64,000 nucleotides of DNA, taken from Ruditapes philippinarum (taxonomy: Eukaryota). The notes beneath the pieces are model-generated. The model ran no database searches, had not been told where the DNA came from, and worked only from the letters and a program-made list of their open reading frames with translations. The stretch covers positions 186,001 through 250,000 of the forward strand of contig NW_026852821.1 of the NCBI RefSeq assembly GCF_026571515.1, given 5' to 3'. Shown piece after piece: positions 1 through 10,597 of this stretch; the stretch's first letter is position 1; each line of letters begins with the position of its first letter. Position numbers and translations under genes: made by a program.

Positions 1-364
1 ATATTTCTACATTTAGCGTAATGACCACTGCTGTTCAACATCTGATGATTTAGCCATTTCATATCTGAATGAGGTCAACGGACATAACCTCACTTAAATA
101 TAACATAACGTGTTGATGGAATGTATAAAAAGAAGGTACTCTTAATTGAATGAAATATGAAAACCCTTAAAAAACAAGAATAAAGATCAACAAGGCAAAT
201 GCAAAGTTCACAGGACGCGGCCCCCCGACACACTTAGAAGGCACCAAACAAAAACCTGGACCCTTAAGCCTATTACTTTTTTGAAAATCACTCTTATTTA
301 CATTAGCATCCAATGTCTCAATGTGTCTCAAAAATGTGAGAAAAAAATGTAGAACTATAAAGTC

Positions 365-700
365 TGCACGAAATTCAGACATCCCGAGAAATAATTAAAT
401 GTCAGTTGTATCACCCTATGAAGAGGTAATTTAATGAGAAATTCCTTTTGTTTCACCATTCATTAGGAGAATTAAACGGTTTGCGAAATTCGACTTCTAT
501 TTCTTTTACACATGCAAACTTAAATGTTTTTCATTGTAGCTGAAGAAGTTAATGCTTTAATTTTAATTTTTGAGTAAGATTAGATTTCATTAGGGTATCA
601 ATGTGAAAGCTCTGATATGGTATTCTTGCAAATTTCTTTCTAGCTTTCAAAGCAAATTAACTTTATAGGATCAGGTTTATTTCGTGACAGAAAATTAAAT
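365..700 (+). repeat. Non-coding repeat module A (other copies ~4235-4575, ~12750-13100, ~19355-19680)
   Basis: All four copies share CCCNNNGAAGAGRTAA...TTCCT...CCATT.AT.AGG.RAATT...GACTTCTATT...CACATGCA in the same orientation. Confidence 0.75.
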
Positions 701-1794
701 GAGCAAGGAAAAAGCCATAAGTATCTATCTAGAATTATTCAAGTATAACAGAGCGGTATCCACCATTTATCATATATTAACCATGTAATCTTGCAAAACA
801 CACCAACACGGCATATCCCCCAACACAATAAAATCAAGGTAAAGATTAACTTACCACTTGATCACATGACAAAATTATCTACATTTGCTACCTTATAAGA
901 TAACCAAATACTCCAGAACATATATTTTTTATTTATTTTTTATTAGTATAATACACAGTCATGTAGATAAAACAATTATAACAAAATGAACGTTAACCAT
1001 TTATGCTTGTTAAGATTAATGCAATGGATTAAAATGACAATTTTCACTTATTTAAAAAAAGATATTTTTTAGAATGCTGACAGTAGTAAAAACAGTTCCG
1101 AAAATCATGGCAGTGCAACGATTTTCTTCAGGTTGCTATAAAATTCAATTGCCTCTACTTTAATTGACACGTTAAGATTTAATTTGCTATACCTCAATTC
1201 AGCACTTAACATTCGTGGAATGCGTCAGAGATGTTATAATTGATGGATCACTTATAACAAGATAGTTTCGGATCAGTAATAACAAGGTAGAAGAAAGAAA
1301 TTGTCAAAATGTTATCTTTGACATAGTAAGCACATATTTAAAGATGGCTATCACATAATTACAGCAGAAAGTGTGACATACATCATTCTTATAAGCTATT
1401 GACTATATTAAGTTTCTTATATACATCAACTGTGCTTTTACAGTATATATTCAATAATGCAGATAAGATAATTATATAAATTATACATATGAAGTATGAT
1501 AAATTGTTATTTGACTACTATATTTAAAGATCCGCATATTGTTGGAAAAATATATCAAATGTTTCATTATGTCATGAACTAAGGTTCGTGAATATATTTA
1601 TACCATAATAACATATGGAATGACTTGATGAAATGAGTCATGGGATTGTTGTCGTTTTTTCTTCTGTTGTCCTTATTATTATAATTTATAATTTATTAAA
1701 ATTCTATTCTTACCCGGTATCGTCTTCAACTAAAAAACTCATTATGCTTAATTATGATAAAATCTAAACGCACACTATTTGTATCTTCTTATGA

Positions 1795-2110
1795 AGCTGC
1801 TAATAAAGTCTGAAACCCCTTCAATGTACTTTTTATCAAGTTTTCCCATTGTTTTCAAATGAAACTAAAAATTTAACTGAATTTAACTGAAATGCACCCT
1901 CTTAAATGCACCCTCCCGCTTGAATGAAAACGTTACAGTGAAGGAACCATGATGAAAGACGTATGAACACATCTACCGATGCTTCTGAATTCTACAATCC
2001 TGAAACATTTTCGTGTCTGAAAGCTGTGTTGTGCTTGAGCCGGTGCTAGGGGGGCATGGACTATAGATTACATTTACCACTGCCGGCCATCAATTTTAAC
2101 CTGCAAAATT
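1795..2110 (+). mobile_element. Degenerate copy of the long-form structured non-coding element
   Basis: GAAGGAACCATGAT...ATGAACACATCT..CGATG and GCTTGAGCCGGTGCTAGGGGG match 10367-10475. Confidence 0.7.
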
Positions 2111-3019
2111 TTCGATGTCACCATATAACTCGTATTTGTGATGCTTCCATTTTCTCCATTTGTAGGACGGCTTTAGTAATTAGCACTTAATGCCTTGAGA
2201 ATTAAAGAGGAAATTAATTGTCGTTTAATTTGCCTTTCATGGGAAAGTGTAACAAGATTGCTTTACAGAGGTAATAAAACCTATCTCGTTTGAGCTTTAG
2301 ACAAGCAAACGATGTACTCTTAATGTTATATTTTAGGACGTTAAATCAATCGCATTGTTTGTTTAAGTCATCTGAAAGAACAGTTGGTAACAGATCATGC
2401 AATGCTTTACCATTATTTTTTGTATTTTTGTTTGTTTGAAAACTTTTTTTATCATATATTGTCAAAAAATGAATACACTTTTTTAACCATACTTGATTTT
2501 GATCCAATTGTATCATTCATAACATATTCATTTTCTATCAAATACGTTACTATATAATATGTAGGATACTTCTTTATCCTCATTATCATCATTGGAATAG
2601 GTTACTGAGTTACATATAAAAAAATATGTAATAAAACAATAGAAAAGGAACATTCCCGGGATTCCAAACTGGATCAATTTATAACATGACAAAACAAGAA
2701 TATCTGAGGATCTCTTGAATGAGTTGATCATTGATCATCTGAGGTATATAACAATCGTACAATAATGCTAATGCATTTAATTAAGATCACATTAAAAACA
2801 TGGTATCATATGGCGATGATTGTAAGAGTATGAACGAACGGGATTATCTCTTATTATTGTGATGCCGTCAAGATTTCTTTTTCAGAGAAGGACTACAAAG
2901 AGGGAATATTATGATATAAAACTAGTAAAGTTTTGCTCTTAATATAAACCATGTGAATATAAATAAATAATTATTATATGTTATTTACGTTCCTACAAAT
3001 GTCTTGTTTTCTTAACCAG

Positions 3020-3283
3020 TGTAATAGCTCGGTGTGTGCAGTTTACGACAATATCAGGCACGTGGCGCTTGTCCCAGGAAAGTTTCCCGCTAGATGCCCG
3101 GTAGGCATGCGAGTTAGCCCCTACGATGATTTCCTCGTTCTATATAAACATTCTGTTCATAATAAGCCTGCCGCAGTCATTTCCTACCTTCAGGTCCAAA
3201 GCAATTACGTTGCAGATTGATAACTCAGAGTCTCAATTGGACAATAAAGTTTATTGGACAATAAAGCGAATGGGCCTTGCACA
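3020..3283 (+). mobile_element. Possible solo-LTR-like insert
   Basis: GC-richer island that starts TGT and ends ACA, with an internal TATATAAA and two AATAAA near the 3' end. No TSD seen. Confidence 0.3.
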
Positions 3284-3291
3284 AAGAATTT

Positions 3292-3422
3292 GACTAGGGG
3301 ATGTGGACGGTAACATACACTTTCATTTTCCGTTCATGAACGGGATTAATCAAATCGAACCTGCAACATTTTAAATTGTGTCGTTTTTGTAGTTCTCTTG
3401 GAATTCCTTTTGGTCTATTTTG
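3292..3422 (+). mobile_element. 5'-truncated degenerate copy of the structured element (3' domain)
   Basis: CTAGGGGATGTGGACGGTAAC...CCGTTCATGAAC...AATCAAATCGAACCTGCAACATTTT...CTATTTT matches 10468-10596. Confidence 0.75.
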
Positions 3423-3489
3423 GTACTACATATTTTTGTTCAGTTACTAAACATGTAACATAATTAGGAAAATAAGCATTCCTTTCAAC

Positions 3490-3690
3490 TAATGCATCAT
3501 TCAGCGCTTTAAGTTAATTTTAGTCGGATAACTTCATTACTTAACATTGATTTACAGTTAAACGTCAGAGATGTTATCATAGAAGATTAAAAGAAAATCA
3601 GATAAGGTTTAGGCTGTCGTTGCACTAGCTTAATCAAAGTACTTCCTTAAGATATATATCAGAGTTCAGAAACTGGAATAAAAATGTTCG
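3490..3690 (+). repeat. Non-coding repeat module B (other copies ~1200-1270, ~10975-11150, ~17315-17510)
   Basis: Copies share subsets of TTCATTACTTA, CGTCAGAGATG, AAATCAGATAA..TAGGCTGTC and TTCAGAAACTG. Confidence 0.65.
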
Positions 3691-3784
3691 TCACAACACG
3701 AGTGAATGTCTGTCTATCAAGTATTTCGTTCAGGCTTAATAAAAGCAACTATACATTAAATATTGCTTTCGAAGTATGCAATAT

Positions 3785-3990
3785 TATACAATTATTAACT
3801 AGTGAGCCATTGAATATGATGTGATATTCATCGGTAAAAGTCATATTGACCGTGGCGATATTAAAAGCCACTGAATATGATGTGATATTTACCGGTAAAT
3901 GTTATACTGACCGGGGCTATAGCCGAGGTCAATATGACATGTTGCTGGTGACTATGAAATCATATTCCAATAATTGTTTTATTATATAAT
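3785..3990. mobile_element. Non-autonomous palindromic DNA-element remnant (possibly Crypton-like)
   Basis: Inverted ends ACAATTATT / AATAATTGT, internal duplicated TGAATATGATGTGATATT, and palindrome TGACCGGGGCTATAGCCGAGGTCA. Family assignment is from recall only. Confidence 0.45.
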
Positions 3991-6089
3991 CAGCATAATA
4001 TTAGAAAAAAATAAACACAAAGTAAAGCCTGGTATTTAAAACCAATTATTAATGTACTATTCATTGCGCTGTAACTTTTTGTGCGATTGCTATTTTTCAT
4101 TATCTATAGATATATTCACACCCTCAAATGTATTTCTTGGTAGATGTTGCATAATCTTTAAGAATAAGTAGTATTTACACCAGATTCCTATGTCTTAATA
4201 TGTAAGACGAAATGCAAGTATGCCCTTATGACAAAAATGTAAAATTCAGAGAAATAATCAAACAACACTTTTATTGCCCTATGAAGAGATAACGCAATGG
4301 CAATTTCCTCTTTTTGCCATTCATTAGGAGAATTCAACCGGTTGAGAAATTTGACTTCTATTTCTTCTCACATGCAACATTCGGACTTTATAAAGATCTT
4401 CATTTTTGCTGAAGAAGTTAAATCTATAATATTAATGCGGGTTAAGATTGATTTTCATTATGACATCAATGTGAAAGCTCTTGCATGGTATTCTTGCATA
4501 TTTCCTTCTAGTTTTAAAAGCAAAATTGCTAAATTCATTTATAAGATCAATGCTTCATTTTGTAACAGATGAGCACGTAAAAATTACTATAACACCCAAG
4601 AGTTTTTTTTCAAAGTCTACACATATCGCTTTAAATATCTATCGACTGTCTTGTCACGTGATTAATTGTCACGTGATTGTAACATTTATCTTGTCATGAT
4701 ATCCATGTCGATATCGGATCATTAGCGCTTATCATCTTTACAAAATTGCAGAAATAATGGATATAATTTGATGGCAGATAAGATACTAATTGTGCACTTC
4801 ATGATACTTTATCAACGACATTGCGAATAATACGAATATCAGCATTTTAGATTAGTTTGCAATTTTAAATGATCAACTATTACAATGGACATTTTATTGT
4901 TTTTTCCCGTTTATATCATATATTATACAAATGGCATGTAGATAAAGTCAAATCCTGTGTGCAATCGCGGATTTATTTTTTTTTTGTTAATATATGTATG
5001 TTTTAATATGCGGGGCTATATCTGTAAGTTAACATTCTACAAAATTTTCTTTGGTTGTTTTTAAGGTGAACCGACATCTGTAGCTTTACTTGTAGATGAA
5101 GACCTTGTGTGCCCCTATGTGAATTATCGTATGCATGAACGGGCATATTCGTAAGAAACACCAGTTTCCGTTGTCAACCGTTCAATCACCAACCATTCGT
5201 CTGATTCCGTTGCGAATTAAAAAATTAGTTACTTCTAAACACAACATCGGGAAAAAAGCTCCAGCCCAAAAAAATCGGTATCAAGAGGCCAGCACGCCAT
5301 GGTCGTTTTTTAATAAGTGTTACGGGAAATATATGTAAAACAGAAACTTAAAACAAAAACTTTAAAACTTTTGTTTTTAGTGTGATTACATGTACATAGT
5401 TCCATATTTACTCAGATCGGGCATTTGTGTTGTAAGATATACGAAAAAAAAAAAAACCCCGATTAGTTACGCAACATATATAATTAAAACATACCTCATA
5501 TGGTTTTGTGGCATAGCTTGTATTCCGTATTGCATGCACAGTTGATGGAAGTAACGAAATGGCTATTTTATTTCTGAATAATACTGAAATCTTATTAGTT
5601 TGTCTTCATTTTGATTTGGGAATAGCTGAAAAGTTTGTCTAAATCTAATTTTATTAGGCCTTGAGACAATCGTCAGAGTTACATATTAGAATAACTAAAC
5701 TTTGTAATGCACTGGCTTACCTGTAAATTATTTGCTCTATCAAATCATTTTCTTTGTAGTCAAACAGGTTTGATAATAATTACAAATAAAATTTGTATCA
5801 TTTGAGTTAAAATAAAAAGCAATGACGCTTTTAAAATATCATTTATCATAAGACTCACTGATTCAAGTTGGAACCTTTAGAAGATGTGTCTGTTTTGGGA
5901 AATATTATATTGTCTTTATTTAATAAGAATTAAAACAATTGAGCTGATCTAATGTAAAGTTATCGATGACTAAACATTAGGTCTTTAATGAATAGGTAGC
6001 GTTTCTAATTACCTAAATCTTGGTTGCACTGGTTGCATACCGTTTGATGTTTTAAAGTGAATATGAGAAGTCAATGGTAAAAAAAATGC

Positions 6090-6350
6090 AATTTACTTAC
6101 GTAACACTAATAAAACATAACATTCCTGTCTTTCCGGTAGAAACCATTTAATCAATCGGACGATAACAATATCAAGGAATTCATTGCATTGAGCGATAAT
6201 CTAGTTTTCAGTTTGTACAACAAGTTACATGTGAAGATATGCGTGCAATATTTGACAGTTTTATTGCATCGAAAACAGAAATCATATGGCGTTGGTATTG
6301 CAAATCAAAACAACCGAGGAATATTAATGTTCCATAGTTACTGTTTTAAT
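6090..6350 (+). repeat. Non-coding repeat module D (other copies ~12160-12400, ~15930-16165, ~18780-18970, ~22780-22950, ~35055-35250)
   Basis: Copies share subsets of TACGTA...TTCC...GAGCGAT...ACAAG.TACA.GTGAAG...TGACAG.TT.ATTGCAT...ATCATAT. Confidence 0.75.
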
Positions 6351-7049
6351 CGCTATTTGTTAAATCTTTTTTTTGGTAATTTTTTTCTGTTTCTGTAACT
6401 TTGAAATAAATAATATGCAGTGCTAACATGACATGGTGTGTGTTTCAATTGTTGATAACAGTGTTCAAACAAATAGGAAATTCCGACTTTTAATATTTTA
6501 CGTCTTTGCAAACCAATAACGCTTTGATTTAAATTAGTCTTGATTTTCAATCATCTAAGTAAAATAAGAAGGGTAACACTGTTTTCAAACATTTAATTAT
6601 ATTACGCCTTTAATTATTTTTGTTCAACTCACTTCTTAACTGATCACAATTTAAAGACATAAACCAAAGATTGTATCGCTGTAGATCAAATGAAAATGAG
6701 AAAACAGACGGGTTGCGGTTACTACAATGTAATGCTTTGATTGTTTCGATTATCTTATGGTCGATTTACGAAATTGATATGACGTAGGAGGACTTATTAA
6801 TTTACTTGTATGAGTATAGCCCGACATATTTGAAAATAACATTTTTAAAGCAAAGATATAGCTTTATGCTCTTTGAGGCAATATTACCCACAGTCACTTT
6901 AATCGTACGTAAGGGTAAATATTCTAAACGAATTCTTGTTGAATTCCCTGATTCATATGAATCAATATAGGTTAACATCAATACAAAATGAATTGTCTAG
7001 ATCTAGATCTAGTCGAAACTTTTCCCTATTTCATTTCAAAGAATGCATA

Positions 7050-7225
7050 TTTAGATGTTTATTGAAATTTAAATTTTGCATAGTTTTATGATTTATTGTG
7101 AGACTGAATATGATTTTATTTCAAAGTTTTATCACAAAGTCCACTTTCTTTAGAAACAGCAGGTTCCGACCAGTCTGTTATTTCTCATAAATAAGTGGAA
7201 TAAGGAATACTCGTATAACTAACAG
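7050..7225 (+). repeat. Non-coding repeat module E (other copies ~11560-11790, ~14140-14360, ~17850-18070, ~20670-20870)
   Basis: Copies share TTGCATA(AATTTGAC)AGTT...CACTTTCTT.AGAAACAGC...AATACTC with variation. Confidence 0.75.
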
Positions 7226-8047
7226 TTAATGGTACAAGAAAAAGTACGTCACAAGTGCGCCGGTGGTTTGTTGAATTGTTTTAGATACGTTAAAAAGCAA
7301 TGAGAACAAATGGGCTGGACATTATATTAAAGTTGAACGATTATAAACTGGCTTTTTGGAAGAACAACGATTGCGTATAATGTTTTAATCTTAAAATTTA
7401 CCATGTAAAGATAATTTATATTAACTTAATTTTTCCTTTCCGAATTGGTTTTCCATCATTATAAAAAGGTCCTTAGTGCTGTTTATATGTTATTTACTAT
7501 TCAGCTTTATTTGCTTCAGTATCGTCTATAGAACATAATTTACTTGCTCTCATGTACTGATGTTCAACCACAATGCCACAACAAGACAATATAATCGGAC
7601 ACGTTGCATTATCGAAGTGAAGCTTTGATGGTATTTTCCGGATAAATCATTATAGTATATCCATGGAAAACAGTTAATGTCTATGTAAACCCCAATACCT
7701 GAATTTAATTTGTACTTTTTAATGTAAATATATGAATGGCAGCTATAAACTGAAGTGACGAGGTATCGTAATATTAAGTTTTTTCCATTTTGCCATTTTC
7801 ATGGATTTTAAAAAGTTTAACAATGCTCGAATTTAATTAGTTATACACATGAAAGACGCGCAATAATGTTATGTGCGTTATGATTGTATCGTTTTCATGC
7901 ATATAATTATAGTTTTGTAAAAGTAAATTTCTATGTTTGTTGTTATTTTCAATAGAGGAATGAACATGTACATTTAATGCACTGACCTTAGAAATATGTG
8001 TGTTCATGTAAATATTAATGTCCTATCGGTCTCGATGGTCATATGGG

Positions 8048-8343
8048 TAAAATTCTGGAAACAAAGTGATCCCTCGGAAGCATTAATCACAACAAAATTT
8101 CAAGAGAATTGCAGACTCGGTTTGATTGAGTCTGTACATGAGGGATAATGAATAAGTGCAACACCCCTCACGCCCCCTAGCACCGGCTTGAGCGGTACTC
8201 AATTTTCAACACTTAATAGTGCTGGCATCAATGATCCCGAAGGACCAGAAAATATAACAACACTGAAGTTAAGTACGGGGCAACTTTTTACAGCTGCCGA
8301 ACGGCACTTGACACCTGCTGTTGTGAAGTATAAAATTCTTGAA
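8048..8343 (-). mobile_element. Short-form (~283 nt) structured non-coding element with 13-nt terminal redundancy
   Basis: TAAAATTCTGGAA (8048-8060) and TAAAATTCTTGAA (8331-8343) flank the unit. It carries all conserved blocks of the long form and is absent from the paralogous SINE at ~16390. Confidence 0.8.
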
Positions 8344-8515
8344 TTTTAGGTTACCGGCTTCAAATCACTTGCCCATCACCTCTGTAAGCTCAAGTCTTGT
8401 CGATGACTGTAATGAAATTATCCATCTAGCTCATGGAAGGTCGATGGTTATACTTAGCTACTCGCTCGTGTCTGTTATTAAGCCCAAAGGGACACCTTAG
8501 GCCTCCTTCCACAAT

Positions 8516-8724
8516 ATAGTTTGTTTGTTTGTTTCATTTTACGCCTTTTTCCAACAGTATTTCAGTCATATAGGCGGGTAGTTTACTAACCATCGTTTCT
8601 GGAGAGTTACACCAGTACTAGACTACCTTACTTCGCGCTAAACTACCAAAGCATCTCCCGGGGATCGAACCATGCCAGAGAGGTAACTGGATTAGAAGTC
8701 ATCGACTCTAACCACGGAGGCGGT
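8516..8724 (-). mobile_element. tRNA-derived SINE, second family, with 13-bp TSD
   Basis: TSD CTCCTTCCACAAT at 8503-8515 and 8725-8737. Minus strand has B-box GGTTCGATCCC and an (AAAC)n tail. Confidence 0.85.
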
Positions 8725-8778
8725 CTCCTTCCACAATTAAAGTTGGAAAGTCGCCGTATGGCCGTTAGAGTGTTTGTG

Positions 8779-9316
8779 CGAGTCTGCAATTCTTATGTAA
8801 TTTTGTTGTGATTAATGCTTCCGAGGGATCACTTTGTTTCCAGATTTTTTTCTCTTTTCTTGTTGGTTCCAGTATTCCTGACTTGAATACTGTTGAAATA
8901 CCCTTAAGATATGTGACCTGCTTTTTAAATTTGTCTTTTGACGTCTTATCTGTGATATGCAGGCTTCATAACCTCTGACCCCCTTTCAAATTTCCATTGT
9001 ATTTGTTTAAGCCCATTGTTTTCTCGTTTAGGGCACACGCATTTTTTATGACTTGGGGACCATATGCCGTTTTCATGGAATGTCATATTGAATGTTAAAT
9101 GATAACCGCCATATGAATACATCTGCGGATGTTTAAAAATTGTACCAGTTCATGTAAAATTTTGAATTCTACTTAAACCGGTGGTAGGAGGCGTGGACGG
9201 TAGTTCGCACTTGACGTACACACGGTCCATGAACAGGCTTGATCAAACCGAGCTTGCAACATTTTCAATTTTGCAGTATTTGGCTTTCTTTGGGGATTCT
9301 TGTTTTATCTATTTGT
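8779..9316 (+). mobile_element. Composite insert: short-form 3' tail (8779-8847) fused to a 5'-truncated long-form copy (~8855-9312)
   Basis: 8779-8847 is the near-exact reverse complement of ~8050-8119. 8855-9312 aligns to ~10118-10596. Confidence 0.8.
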
Positions 9317-9717
9317 TTCACACCGACAGCACAAACAGACACACTATGAAAGCCTATTAGAATAATCACAGATTGACAATTATCTTAAATATGTCGTGGG
9401 ATACCTAAATTCTATCTGAAACACATGTTCAGGAAAGTTATTTTACAAACGACACAAATCGCATCAGAATTTTTTTTAATAAGTTTATGCTCATTCCCGG
9501 ATAATGTATTTCAATATAGAATTAGCCTGTATAAAATTTTGAATTTTTTTTTGAAAAAATTGGTTCTCGCGTAAAACGCTCAAATATAAGTTTATTCATA
9601 GTTTGCTCTTTTGCAGTAGTTAGGATTGTTAAGACCGAATTTCTCTACTCTTCCGAATGTGTTGGTGTTATATACATGATGTGACGTGAATTTGCTTTAC
9701 AAATTAAATTGATGAAC

Positions 9718-10597
9718 TGGCACTAACGTGTCACATTGAAGGTTCCATGATAACCGCCATATGAACACATCTGCGGATGTTTCAAAATTCTAAATTTTAC
9801 CAGTTCATGTTAAATGTTGAATTCTGCTTAAGCCGGTGCTAGGGGGCGTGGACGGTAACTTGCACTTGACAGTACCGTCCATGAACAGGCTCAATCAAAC
9901 CGAGCCTGCAACATTTTCAATTTTGCCGTGTTGGGCTTTCTTTAGGGATTCTGTATTTATCTATTTTATGATCACATCCGTGTTATTTGTGCCGTGTGGC
10001 GGCTGTAAAAAGTCTCCCCGTACATTTAATCAATGATGTTATATTTTTGATCCTTGAAGATCGTTCAGCACGACATTATTGTTGTGCTTGTGGTATTTTT
10101 AGTTTCAACTTTTTGGCATTTTCTAGTTGGGTGGTTCCAATATTCCTTCTTGAATAATGTTGAATCACCCTTAGGATATGTTGCCTGCTTTTTAAATTTG
10201 TCTTTTGACGTCTTATCTGTGATACGCAGGCTTCATAACCTCAGATCCCCTTTCAAAATTCAATTTTATTTAGTTCCGCCCATTGTTTTCTCGTTTAGGG
10301 CACACGCATTTTTTTACTTGGGGACCATATGCCGCTTTTCATGGAATGGCACTAACGTGTCACATTGAAGGTTCCATGATAACCGCCATATGAACACATC
10401 TGCGGATGTTTCAAAATTCTAAATTTTACCAGTTCATGTTAAATGTTGAATTCTGCTTAAGCCGGTGCTAGGGGGCGTGGACGGTAACTTGCACTTGACA
10501 GTACCGTCCATGAACAGGCTCAATCAAACCGAGCCTGCAACATTTTCAATTTTGCCGTGTTGGGCTTTCTTTAGGGATTCTGTATTTATCTATTTTT
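9718..10597 (+). mobile_element. Long-form structured element, ~1.4 tandem units (period 629 bp, 250-bp direct repeat)
   Basis: 9718-9967 appears identical to 10347-10596. The whole block is missing at the paralogous site ~16895-16912. Confidence 0.9.

Larger units (their letters stand above)
8025..9345 (+). mobile_element. Old tRNA-derived SINE split by three nested insertions (paralogue of the 16375 copy)
   Basis: Head ...GGGTAA (to 8050) resumes at GGTTACCGGCTTCAAATCACTTGCC (~8349). Body runs to 8515, resumes at 8725-8778, and the tail is at ~9317-9345. Confidence 0.7.

Noticed and set aside
2190-2260. Inverted copy of module A
   Set aside because: Similarity is too short and AT-rich to support without an alignment score.
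9836-10368. ORFs 9836-10036 and 10054-10368 inside the structured element
   Set aside because: Non-ATG starts, no recognisable motif, and frames broken by indels in the 8855-9312 copy.
9968-10596. Hammerhead, twister, pistol, group I/II intron or RNase MRP identity for the element
   Set aside because: Only short superficial words match (e.g. AAAGTC.CCCCG, AAGCCG..AGGGGG). Required catalytic cores were not found by eye, so a covariance-model search is still needed.
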